Virus record (IMG/VR): IMGVR_UViG_3300002242_000171
Location: 1-54,063 of that record
DNA length: 54,063 nt
Reading direction: 5' to 3' (one strand)
From: a virus
Taxonomy: Duplodnaviria; Caudoviricetes
In this document: positions 39,960 to 48,877 of the stretch, one piece after another
Layout of the letters: each line of letters opens with the position of its first letter
How positions within the stretch are numbered: the stretch's first letter is position 1
The notes under the pieces: model-generated
Told to the model about the DNA's origin: nothing
Databases searched by the model: none
Seen by the model: the letters and a program-made list of their open reading frames with translations, nothing else
Made by a program: the position numbers and the translations under genes

Positions 39960-40694
39960 TTAGATATCTCCCTCGTCCCACCTAGTTTTAAACTCTCTAT
40001 AGCGGGCCCTCATTTTATTGAGATTGTTGACCACTTGTTTTGTGTTAAGGCCGGTAATTTCTCTTATATACAAGTAAATAGCTTTTTTGTTAAAAATCTC
40101 TATATCCTCGACACTTTCGAAAAGAATTTTAATTGCGTCTAGGACGCGTCGCTCATTTTCTTTTAAATTTAGATTTTCCCACTTATTAATTTCACCCTTT
40201 AAATAAAATAAAAATTCTGCCTTTTGCCGCATTTCATCATATTCGTTCTTTATGACCAAAGTTTCATGAACGCTATGCCCACTTGTAACAAGATCTTCAA
40301 AACATATTTCTCTCTTTAGACTTTTTGAATTCTTTTTAACTTTGTGAATGAACCAATTTTTCGTGATAACACTAAAATAAGAAAAAGCTTTTGATTTTCT
40401 ACTTGGATCATATTTGTTTAAAATTGTTGTAAGCCAAATTTTACAGTCATCTTTAAGATAATCTATGTTAGGAAGATTCGTAAATTTATATGTGTATACG
40501 ATCTTATCAACTAGTTCGTTAAAGGCCGGCCCAATTAATTTTATATATAATTCGGACCTTACTTTATTACAATCTGTTGACGCATATTTTATTATTGCAT
40601 TTTCATGTACTTTTGTGAAATACATGTTTTTAGTTCTTTTTTTACGGCGTTTCGGAGGTGTCTTCGGTTTCTCTGTCATTAGTTTCTCTGTCAT
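39960..40694 (-). CDS. Phage sigma factor-like protein (T4 gp55 / sigma region 2-like)
   Basis: YFT...ENAI; LNKYDPSRKSKAFSYFSVITKNWF region-2 motif; C-terminal HTH-like IREITGLNTKQV. Start ambiguous (ATG 40694 or 40679; the track uses TTG 40712). Confidence 0.7.
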   Translation of the reverse strand: MTEKLMTEKPKTPPKRRKKRTKNMYFTKVHENAIIKYASTDCNKVRSELYIKLIGPAFNELVDKIVYTYKFTNLPNIDYLKDDCKIWLTTILNKYDPSRKSKAFSYFSVITKNWFIHKVKKNSKSLKREICFEDLVTSGHSVHETLVIKNEYDEMRQKAEFLFYLKGEINKWENLNLKENERRVLDAIKILFESVEDIEIFNKKAIYLYIREITGLNTKQVVNNLNKMRARYREFKTRWDEGDI

Positions 40695-41064
40695 TAGTTT
40701 CTCCGGGGTCAATATCTAATTCTTCTTCTACTACTTCAGTAAAATATACATTCTGATACTCATAAAAGTTATTAATCAGTTCTTTTGAATGATTGATTAA
40801 ACTCTCTAAAGTTTCATCACCATAGAACATTTCTAGCTCATATATTTGCGACATATGATCTGAGAACTTCTCCATATTACGAAGTAACGAATTAAAATCA
40901 TTATATAATTGCGTACGCTCGCCTAACAAGTATCGCATGTAAAAAACTACACCAATATTTATCAAGGCAGAAACAAATAATAAGAATGGTATTAAGCCAA
41001 ACAAATATATTAGCAAAAAAGAATTTAATATTATAGAGCTAATCAGTGGCAGGTGTTTCATCAT
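40642..41064 (-). CDS. Hypothetical membrane protein (two N-terminal hydrophobic segments)
   Basis: Hydrophobic first ~45 aa, then helical YELEMFYGDETL segment and acidic tail. Confidence 0.7.
   Translation of the reverse strand: MMKHLPLISSIILNSFLLIYLFGLIPFLLFVSALINIGVVFYMRYLLGERTQLYNDFNSLLRNMEKFSDHMSQIYELEMFYGDETLESLINHSKELINNFYEYQNVYFTEVVEEELDIDPGETNDRETNDRETEDTSETP
40667..40703. repeat. 15-bp tandem repeat (GTTTCTCTGTCATTA x2 + 7 bp partial)
   Basis: Exact copies at 40667-40681 and 40682-40696; partial copy at 40697-40703. Confidence 0.9.
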
Positions 41065-41314
41065 GTGTATTATTTTCCAATTCTTTCCTATAGTCTTTTA
41101 AAATTTCCCTATTATCTTCAATAAATTCTTTAGTTAATTCACCGATATTTTTAGTTAAATTTTCTTCTTGTTTTTTAATAAAAACTTTGTTGACTTCTCG
41201 TTTTAATCCATCAACTGCCTCACATTGTGGACAATTTTTTAATTTCTCTTTTGGGCTATGATATGCTGCAAAAGAGTGGTTGCATTCATTACAAGAATAG
41301 AAATACTTAGGCAT
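41039..41314 (-). CDS. FmdB-family zinc-ribbon protein
   Basis: MPKYFYSCNECNHSF...CPQC motif. Confidence 0.8.
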   Translation of the reverse strand: MPKYFYSCNECNHSFAAYHSPKEKLKNCPQCEAVDGLKREVNKVFIKKQEENLTKNIGELTKEFIEDNREILKDYRKELENNTHDETPATD

Positions 41315-41507
41315 CAGTATCTGTTAGCTTGTCATAATCTTGATGATTCATTTTATAGATCGGCGGATTCATGACAAATAATTCATCTTTATCACCTACT
41401 TGAAAATTAAAATTCTTCAATACAGGAACGATATCACTCTGTTCCAATAATGATTTTTGTAGTGCCATCATAACTGCTCCTAGCGCTTCATCTGAAAGTT
41501 TAAACAT
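41307..41507 (-). CDS. Hypothetical protein (66 aa)
   Basis: SD AAGGAG; overlaps the next start. Confidence 0.7.
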   Translation of the reverse strand: MFKLSDEALGAVMMALQKSLLEQSDIVPVLKNFNFQVGDKDELFVMNPPIYKMNHQDYDKLTDTDA

Positions 41508-41537
41508 TTTTTTCTCCTTTTTTTGTTTTAGACAATT

Positions 41538-42494
41538 TTACCATTGCCATTTGAAATTGTTTTTGTAAAACTTAACAATTTTTTTGATTTCAATATCGAA
41601 ATCTTTTTCTGGTTTCCAGCCAAGTGATCTTAATTTAGAATCATCTAAAGCATATCTAACATCTTGGCCCGGGCGCTTATAAGTCAAATTAACATATTGT
41701 TGCCAATTCTCATCAGTGCCGTAATAATGAAGAATGATTTTGCGAACTGTTTCTTTGTTCTTTTGTTCGAAAGATCCCGCAATATTAAAAATCTCATTCT
41801 TTCTATTGGATTCTATTATTTTTATAACAGCGCTCGCTGTATCTTCTGCATGCAGCCAATTTCTGTAAGGTTCTCCTTCATTGTGAAGACGAACTTCTCT
41901 ATTCCAATTAAGAAGCTTGATGCTCAGTGGAATTAATTTTTCTGCATGCTGCCTGGTGCCATAATTATTCGTCGGGCGTAAAATAATATATTCTATTCCA
42001 TATGTTCGAGCCCATGCTTCGATTAACAAATCTGCTGCAGCCTTGGATGCCGAATATGGATTGCTTGGCTTTAATAAATCATTTTCTGTGTGGGCGCCAT
42101 CTAAAATGTCGCCATAAACTTCATCTGTACTAAAATGTAATAATATTGGCTTGTTGCAAATATTAGAGGGTTTTTTTCTTATTAATTCCAAGAGGTTTTT
42201 AACGCCTTCAATATTTGATCTAAGAAAATCTTTACTATCAATAATGCTATTTCCGACATGTGTTTCGGCTGCAGTATTAATAATATAGTCACAGTCTGGC
42301 AATGTGTTTAAATCACAGATATCTAGCCGCTTAAACGAAAAATTTTTATAGGTTTGCAAGTTTGTTAAAAATGCTTTATTGGCAGCATATGTCGTTTTAT
42401 CAATACCTAAAACTTTCCAGCCTTTTTGTAAACATTTTTCAGCTACGTGCGAGCCTATAAAACCCAAGCATCCTGTGACAATCACAATTTTCAC
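41538..42494 (-). CDS. rmlB: dTDP-glucose 4,6-dehydratase-like SDR (RmlB/RfbB family)
   Basis: TGCLGFIGS, AAETHV, STDEVYGD, YSASK, NNYG and RPGQDVRY motifs. Confidence 0.85.
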   Translation of the reverse strand: MKIVIVTGCLGFIGSHVAEKCLQKGWKVLGIDKTTYAANKAFLTNLQTYKNFSFKRLDICDLNTLPDCDYIINTAAETHVGNSIIDSKDFLRSNIEGVKNLLELIRKKPSNICNKPILLHFSTDEVYGDILDGAHTENDLLKPSNPYSASKAAADLLIEAWARTYGIEYIILRPTNNYGTRQHAEKLIPLSIKLLNWNREVRLHNEGEPYRNWLHAEDTASAVIKIIESNRKNEIFNIAGSFEQKNKETVRKIILHYYGTDENWQQYVNLTYKRPGQDVRYALDDSKLRSLGWKPEKDFDIEIKKIVKFYKNNFKWQW

Positions 42495-42854
42495 TTAATC
42501 GCCCTTAATAATCCTATGAGAATCACTATCAAAATGCTGTGTTGAAAATTCAAACAATTCTGTATCTTCAAGTGCAACCATCTGATGCCTTAATCCACGA
42601 TAAACATGAAAATTATCTCCACGTTCTAAAATTAATTCTGATGCATTCTCTATATCATCATCATCTGAATATTTCACAAGCATTTTGCCAGATTGAATAT
42701 AGAAAACCTCATCTTTCAATTCATGAAAGTGCCAAGAACATCTCTTTCCTTTGACAAAATATAATAATTTTCCACAATATTCTTCACAATTGACGATCCA
42801 TTTTTCAAATCCCCAACCTTTTGGTACAAAATTAATCTCCATAGAAGTGTTCAT
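42495..42854 (-). CDS. Cupin (mannose-6-phosphate isomerase C-terminal-like)
   Basis: VPKGWGFE...SWHFHELKDEVFY...H. Confidence 0.8.
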   Translation of the reverse strand: MNTSMEINFVPKGWGFEKWIVNCEEYCGKLLYFVKGKRCSWHFHELKDEVFYIQSGKMLVKYSDDDDIENASELILERGDNFHVYRGLRHQMVALEDTELFEFSTQHFDSDSHRIIKGD

Positions 42855-43545
42855 CTTTCATCCCCTTATCGTCAATATAAACATCGCCAGCCGGTTTCCC
42901 TAAAACAACTCTATGAAATTTAACACCCCAGCTTTCAAGCTGACGTACTGTAAACAAATAAAATTCTGGTCTGGCCTTGCTGCCATCATTGTGATAACGG
43001 CCCATTCCTCTGGCTGTGTGATAAATTATTTGTTTACCTTTATCATAAAGTTCGTTATTTATTTTAATTCTATCCATTAATGGTTCAGCTTTTTCATAGT
43101 CTCCGTCAGATAAGGTACATATTGTTCCATCAATATCAAAGACATATGATTGTATTTCTTCTTTTTTCTTTTCTAATATTTTAGTTGTTGAGTATCCCTC
43201 GACAAAATTAAATATTTTAACTTCTGCCAAGTCGTTTCCAACAACTTCTTCTTTTTTGTAATCTCCACCTTTTACTATTATATCAGGTTTTATTTTCTTT
43301 ATTAAGTTATATGGCGTTTCTTCTTCAAAAATTATTACATGATCGACATATCTGCAAGACTCTAAAGCAAACTTTCTATCATTTTCAGAAAAATAAGGTC
43401 TTGTGTCACCCTTTAGTTTTTTAACACTAACGTCGGAATTTAAACCAACAATCACCATAAAGCCCAAAGATTTACAATATTTAAAAAGCTCAATATGGCC
43501 TCGATGAAGAATATCAAAACACCCATTTGTAAACACAGTTGTCAT
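42832..43545 (-). CDS. HldE domain II-like (RfaE2/HldC) sugar-1-phosphate nucleotidyltransferase fused to a C-terminal HAD phosphatase
   Basis: TNGCFDILHRGH, GLNSD, KGGDY, STT; then FDIDGT...TARG...GKP..DVYIDD. Confidence 0.85.
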   Translation of the reverse strand: MTTVFTNGCFDILHRGHIELFKYCKSLGFMVIVGLNSDVSVKKLKGDTRPYFSENDRKFALESCRYVDHVIIFEEETPYNLIKKIKPDIIVKGGDYKKEEVVGNDLAEVKIFNFVEGYSTTKILEKKKEEIQSYVFDIDGTICTLSDGDYEKAEPLMDRIKINNELYDKGKQIIYHTARGMGRYHNDGSKARPEFYLFTVRQLESWGVKFHRVVLGKPAGDVYIDDKGMKDEHFYGD

Positions 43546-44279
43546 ACCACACTGACTCCTCTTTTCTGAACAACAACAGTTGCACAGTCATTTGCATATC
43601 TGATAGATTTTTTAATGTCCTGAGTTGTGCTGTAATTAACAACTAAGCCGGACAAAAAAGTATCGCCTGCTCCAGAAACATCTTTAATTTCAACAGATTT
43701 AACAGGATAAACTTTATCTTGATATTTGCAGCCTCTAGGCCCTATCGTTACGATTAATTTATTTTTAATATTTTCCGGAATGCTATTTTTTGTTTTTTCA
43801 TATTCGTGATGGTTTATCTTTATAAATTTAACATTCTCACACCATGATCCAAGATCTTTCTTTGTATCCAGAAAAACACATTTATGATTTCGCGCAATAT
43901 ATTCGACATCTTCTTCTGTTAGAAATCCTTTGCAATAATCTGAAATTACTATAATTTCATAATTTGATAATGGAATTTCTTTAATATCGCATCTGTCTAT
44001 TTCATGATCGTTTTTGTCTATTCTAATAAACATTTGATTTGTGTTTTTGTGAACATATCGCGTTTTCATGACTTGTTGCCAGTTATCATTAGTAATGATA
44101 TCACAATCTTGTCCTAAAGCTATTATATTCCTTTGGACATTCATAGCCATGCCAGAACTTTCCACCTGTTCGATCAGATTAAAAACAGGTACTGGAGCTT
44201 CTGGAGCTAAACGATCACAGCTGCCGTAACAATATATATCCTTGCACGATTCTCCAATTACTAAAATGTTTGATGCCAT
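43542..44279 (-). CDS. HldE domain I-like (RfaE1/HldA) PfkB-family sugar-phosphate kinase
   Basis: RLAPEAPVPV, ISDYCKG and DVSGAGDTF motifs. Confidence 0.85.
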   Translation of the reverse strand: MASNILVIGESCKDIYCYGSCDRLAPEAPVPVFNLIEQVESSGMAMNVQRNIIALGQDCDIITNDNWQQVMKTRYVHKNTNQMFIRIDKNDHEIDRCDIKEIPLSNYEIIVISDYCKGFLTEEDVEYIARNHKCVFLDTKKDLGSWCENVKFIKINHHEYEKTKNSIPENIKNKLIVTIGPRGCKYQDKVYPVKSVEIKDVSGAGDTFLSGLVVNYSTTQDIKKSIRYANDCATVVVQKRGVSVV

Positions 44280-44282
44280 TGT

Positions 44283-45290
44283 TTACCGACTTAGAAATTT
44301 ATTTCCTGAATGTATTCTTTGTCTCCAATAGTTTAACAGATCATTCATCGTTTTGTTAAATGAAATTTCAGGAGTCCAGCCGGTATGATTGGTAAATTTT
44401 GTTGTATCTGGAACTTGTAAATCTGCATCGATAGGGCGTAGTCGACTTTGCTCAATTTCAACTTTTATATCTTTTACGGCTGAACATTCAATTAAATAAT
44501 TTAGCATCTCTTTCACCGTACAGGAAAAACTACCGCCAATGTTGTAATATTCTCCGGATTGCGGATCTTTTGTGACCAACATATAATATGCGCGAACTGC
44601 ATCTCTAACGTCAGACCATGTTCTCAAAGAATCTAAATTTCCAACTTTGATAACCGGCTCTAATTGGCCGGCTTCAATCATTGCAATTTGTTTAGCAAAT
44701 GTCGATTCAGCAAAAACATCTCCTCTTCGTGGTCCAGTATGAGTAAACATGCGAGTAGTCATAATTGTCATATTATAAGCTTCTGCGTAATATCTACCAA
44801 TTAAATCTGTTCCTACTTTTGATATTGCATATGGAGATGCCGGATGAAATGTGCACTCTTCGTTAATAGGCAAATATTCTTTGGGTACTCGACCAAAAAC
44901 TTCAGATGATGCACATACGTGAATCACCGGATTATAGGCCGATTTTCGAATAGCTTCCAATAACTTAGCCGTACCTAGTATATTCGTCTCTAACGTCTCT
45001 AAGGGGGCTTTAAAGCTAGTCTGTGGGTAACTTTGAGCCGCAAGGTGGAATACATAATCCGGCGAGGCCTCAGAAACAGCTGAATCTAAAGATGGATAAT
45101 CATTTAGATCTCCATAAATCAAAGATATGCGATCTTTGTTGTTTATGCGCTCAAACAAATGTTCAATATTTGACATGTCATCATTCCAACGACAAAAACC
45201 ATATATATCCCAATCTGTATGTTCTAGAAGAAAGTCAGTCAAATGAGAACCGACCATGCCTGTTATACCTGTAATGAGTGCTTTTTTCAT
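44283..45290 (-). CDS. GDP-mannose 4,6-dehydratase family SDR (Gmd/Rmd-like)
   Basis: ITGITGMVGS, HLAAQS, SSEVFG, SPYAISK, GNLDSLR, RLRPID. Confidence 0.8.
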   Translation of the reverse strand: MKKALITGITGMVGSHLTDFLLEHTDWDIYGFCRWNDDMSNIEHLFERINNKDRISLIYGDLNDYPSLDSAVSEASPDYVFHLAAQSYPQTSFKAPLETLETNILGTAKLLEAIRKSAYNPVIHVCASSEVFGRVPKEYLPINEECTFHPASPYAISKVGTDLIGRYYAEAYNMTIMTTRMFTHTGPRRGDVFAESTFAKQIAMIEAGQLEPVIKVGNLDSLRTWSDVRDAVRAYYMLVTKDPQSGEYYNIGGSFSCTVKEMLNYLIECSAVKDIKVEIEQSRLRPIDADLQVPDTTKFTNHTGWTPEISFNKTMNDLLNYWRQRIHSGNKFLSR

Positions 45291-45291
45291 T

Positions 45292-46458
45292 TTAAGGCCT
45301 TCTGTTTAATTTTTCGCACAAAGATACAATTTGCTTTTCAGATAATTCAGTATGGTTTCCGATATATAAACTATTTTCATGAATAAAATCAGCATTATTC
45401 AAATTACCTGAAATTCTAAATTCGTAGTTCTTTAAATACGGCTGTCTGGCTTGATTGCCGCCGCCGGCAGTGCCCAGACGATATTCTACCCCTTCTTCTT
45501 CCAAAGTTCTGCAAATTTGTTTTAATAATAGAGAGTTGGCTTCTTTTAATATTAGAGGTAATGCAAAACTACTATTGCCCTGTAGATTAAAATCAGTAAA
45601 AAACATATCTTTGTCTAATGAATTGAGCCATGTGTTCAAATTATCTTTTCTACAGGAAATGTTATAATCTAGCCTTTTTATTTGTTGCAAACCCAATACT
45701 GCATTCAGTTCAGTGCTGCGCATATTGTAGCCTGGTACTCCAAATGTAAAAAGTGGATTTAAGCCTGTTTCATAATATCCTTCATGGGTTTTTTTATCGA
45801 CTTCTCGCGTCATCCCATGAGAACGAAAAAGTCTAGCTAATTGATATATCTTATAGTCATTTGTGCAAACCATGCCTCCTTCTATCGTTGTGATATGGTG
45901 ACCAAAATAAAAAGAGAAGCAAGACATGTCTCCTAAAGTGCCAACTTTCTTATTTTCATGTTCAGCTCCGTGTGATTCACAGCAGTCTTCAATTAACAAG
46001 AGATCATTTTTCTTTGCTAATCGAATTATCTCTTCGTTCAAGCCATCAAAACCCAAACAATGAACCAAAACAATTGCTTTTGTATTTTCATTGATTGCGT
46101 TTTTAATATTTTCATAAGAAATTGCCATAGTCTCTTTATCAACATCAACAAAAACCGGCTTGAAACCAGTATTGATCACAGAAGCAACATCAGAAACCCA
46201 TCCAATTGGTGGAACAATAATTTCTCCTTTCTGTCCCTTCATTTCGCGGGTTATGGCCATGGTAATATAATTCGCAGAAGCTCCGGAATTGACCATGACA
46301 CTATATTTAACTCCTAGCCATTTTGACCAAGCTTCTTCAAATTCTTTTACTTTTGGCCCATTTGTAAAGCGGTTTGAATTTAATATAAAATCTGCCAATG
46401 CTAGCTTATCTTCTTGAGTTATATTATCGTTAATTAAGGGTATATTAAAGTTCTTCAT
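45292..46458 (-). CDS. PLP/PMP-dependent NDP-4-keto-6-deoxyhexose 3-dehydratase (ColD/RfbH-type, DegT fold)
   Basis: NSGASAN, IEDCCE; SFYFGHHITTIEGGM has His instead of the Schiff-base Lys. Confidence 0.8.
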   Translation of the reverse strand: MKNFNIPLINDNITQEDKLALADFILNSNRFTNGPKVKEFEEAWSKWLGVKYSVMVNSGASANYITMAITREMKGQKGEIIVPPIGWVSDVASVINTGFKPVFVDVDKETMAISYENIKNAINENTKAIVLVHCLGFDGLNEEIIRLAKKNDLLLIEDCCESHGAEHENKKVGTLGDMSCFSFYFGHHITTIEGGMVCTNDYKIYQLARLFRSHGMTREVDKKTHEGYYETGLNPLFTFGVPGYNMRSTELNAVLGLQQIKRLDYNISCRKDNLNTWLNSLDKDMFFTDFNLQGNSSFALPLILKEANSLLLKQICRTLEEEGVEYRLGTAGGGNQARQPYLKNYEFRISGNLNNADFIHENSLYIGNHTELSEKQIVSLCEKLNRRP

Positions 46459-47978
46459 TAGTCTCCTAGTAATTTTCTTTTTAATTTAATTTTTGTATTT
46501 TCAACAATATTATCTGCGGCAATATCTCCGAACTTATTTCTTATTTTAGCTAAGAATTTAGGCGATGTATGAAATTTATTATAAGCTTCGTCTCTAAATT
46601 TTAAAATTTCTGCAGCAGTTAAATTATTGGTTGACAAAGGAAGCGTGTTATATGAATGCCATGAATATCCTGCATAATCTTCTGGGAGTTCTGCTCCTCT
46701 TTCAATAGCATCTTTATATAACTGACTTCCAGGCAAAGCCATTGATGCATAAAAGTTTGCCATGGCCGGCGCCAGATCTATGGCTAATTCTAAAGTTTTC
46801 TCCATGCTCTCAACAGTATCGGTCGGTAATCCAAATATAAAATTTGCTCCTACATTTATGTCAGCTTCTTCAACTTGTCGTACAACTTCATGAATATCAA
46901 CATCTTGAAATTTACCTTTTGAAACTTCTAGTCTTACGTTTCTATCTCCGCTTTCAATACCTAAGCCAAGCCATCTAATTCCTGATTCTCTTACTATTTT
47001 TAAAACATCTGGGCGTCGAATAGTATCAATTCTAGAATAGGCCCACATTCGTAAATCTTTTCCATATCCTCTTTCGATGAGGCCTTCACATACTGGCAAA
47101 TAATATTTCGGATTTAATAAAAACATCTCATCAATGATTCGAATATTTTTGACACCCATCTCAACTAATTTATCGAATTGCTTTAAAACAAATTCAGGTG
47201 ACCAATATCTCATCATACTATAATTTCCAGCAACTCCAATTGGATCATTGTCATTGCGATTTAAAATATTAATCATACAAAATTCACACTTAAATTGACA
47301 CCCCAGAGAGGTATTGATAGCTGCATATGGAGTTCTAATTTCATGATCGTATTCGGCATGCCACATAGGGCAACGATATAAATCAAATGGCTTTTCTTTA
47401 AAAGGTAATAAGTCCCAAGCATAGCCAGGTAAATCAACATCCATTCTTGAAGTAGGAACTACTTTTTCCGGCTTATTCAAAATAATTTGATCATTTTCTC
47501 TATATCCAATACCTTTTATATTTTTTAAATTATCCAAATTATTTAGTAAGTTTCTTAAAGCATATACACCTTCGTTGGTAAACACGATATCAACACTTTT
47601 CTCTTCTTTTAGTGTTTCGTATGGAAGTGCCTGCACATGAGAGCCAATAAAAGAAATTGGAATTTGAATACCGGATTTTTTAATATGATCCGATAGAGCA
47701 ATTGCGCCGCTCATAGTAGTTGTGCCGGCATTTACATTTTGACCATATGCAACAACGCATATTAGCCTAGGATCGGCTTTTTTTATTCTTTCGATAGCAT
47801 TATCTAAAGTTAGTTTTTCGGCGGCCGTATCTAGTATATCTACTTTAAAACCAACAGATCTGCAAGATTCTGCCAACAAACATGCCCAGGTCGGTGGTTC
47901 AACTGCTGCATAATCTTTTGCCAAATCTTGATATAATGATTTGGCATTGCCCGGGGCTATGAATAAAACGTCTAACAT
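46458..47978 (-). CDS. Cobalamin-dependent (class B) radical SAM enzyme
   Basis: N-terminal B12-binding-like Rossmann domain; GCQFKCEFC CxxxCxxC; IDEMF; GIESG; FIFGLP. Confidence 0.88.
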   Translation of the reverse strand: MLDVLFIAPGNAKSLYQDLAKDYAAVEPPTWACLLAESCRSVGFKVDILDTAAEKLTLDNAIERIKKADPRLICVVAYGQNVNAGTTTMSGAIALSDHIKKSGIQIPISFIGSHVQALPYETLKEEKSVDIVFTNEGVYALRNLLNNLDNLKNIKGIGYRENDQIILNKPEKVVPTSRMDVDLPGYAWDLLPFKEKPFDLYRCPMWHAEYDHEIRTPYAAINTSLGCQFKCEFCMINILNRNDNDPIGVAGNYSMMRYWSPEFVLKQFDKLVEMGVKNIRIIDEMFLLNPKYYLPVCEGLIERGYGKDLRMWAYSRIDTIRRPDVLKIVRESGIRWLGLGIESGDRNVRLEVSKGKFQDVDIHEVVRQVEEADINVGANFIFGLPTDTVESMEKTLELAIDLAPAMANFYASMALPGSQLYKDAIERGAELPEDYAGYSWHSYNTLPLSTNNLTAAEILKFRDEAYNKFHTSPKFLAKIRNKFGDIAADNIVENTKIKLKRKLLGD

Positions 47979-48877
47979 ATGATTTCCTGCTTAATTTTTG
48001 AAATTATTTTTGATGCGGAGGGTGGCAAATTATCTACCGTTGGATAAAATCCTGCTGTTCTGTTCTCCAGACACATCGTGCGAACACATTTTCCTGATTG
48101 GACCATCATCCTGTGTGCAATACTGCTAGCGGCACCTTCCTCATAATCATCATCCAATACAATACCACCATATTTTGAATTATTTAAGGCTTTTTTCCAC
48201 TCTTCTTTAAAGACAAAAGGCTTAATCCATAATTGGTGAATTACATTAACTTTCAATCCTTCTTTTTCCAGTTCTATTCTAGCTTTTTCTGCTTCAAATC
48301 TTGTTATTGATATTGGAAAAAGAGTTATATCTGCTTCTTGATGAATTGTATTTTTGAATTCTTCTGTATTATCATAGCTTTTTCTGTGTTCTGAGATATA
48401 GTAGACCTCATCATCTTTCATGAATTCATCATACGCGTATTGATATTCAGCGGAACTCATTGGAGATAATATTTTAACTCCAGGCATTCTCTGGTATATA
48501 GAATGATGCGAAGATCCTGCAACGGGCCCCATTCCTCCTTCCATCGCGATGCTACGAATCAGAAGAGGGCATGATCGATCCCAAACTTCTTTTGATTTCA
48601 TAGCATAATTTGCAATAATTGGAGAGTTAAACCATTGAAATCCTTGATATCTAACAACATAAATCGGCCTTTCGCCGGCCAGCGCTGCTCCAACAACAAT
48701 TCCGGCGCCTGCAACATCAGCCATTGATAATTCTACCATCCCATCTTTTTCATAAAGTTCAGGTAATGTGCCGCCGACCCATCCAACTGCAGTTAAACAC
48801 TGGCCATAACACTTTGAACCATTTTTTAAGTGGTGCCTGGTGATGTCTTTTATTGTTTGTCTAACTGTTTTTGCCAT
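47972..48877 (-). CDS. ThDP-dependent E1 beta / transketolase C-terminal-like subunit
   Basis: ELSMADVA...GAALAGERPI, PGVKILSP, SEHR; paired with an alpha subunit. Confidence 0.8.
   Translation of the reverse strand: MAKTVRQTIKDITRHHLKNGSKCYGQCLTAVGWVGGTLPELYEKDGMVELSMADVAGAGIVVGAALAGERPIYVVRYQGFQWFNSPIIANYAMKSKEVWDRSCPLLIRSIAMEGGMGPVAGSSHHSIYQRMPGVKILSPMSSAEYQYAYDEFMKDDEVYYISEHRKSYDNTEEFKNTIHQEADITLFPISITRFEAEKARIELEKEGLKVNVIHQLWIKPFVFKEEWKKALNNSKYGGIVLDDDYEEGAASSIAHRMMVQSGKCVRTMCLENRTAGFYPTVDNLPPSASKIISKIKQEIIC

Noticed and set aside
41508-41537. T-rich tract as a terminator
   Set aside because: No hairpin; on the coding strand it is an A-rich leader around the SD AAGGAG.
45292-46458. Sugar aminotransferase (perosamine synthase-like)
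   Set aside because: The catalytic Lys is replaced by His, the 3-dehydratase signature.
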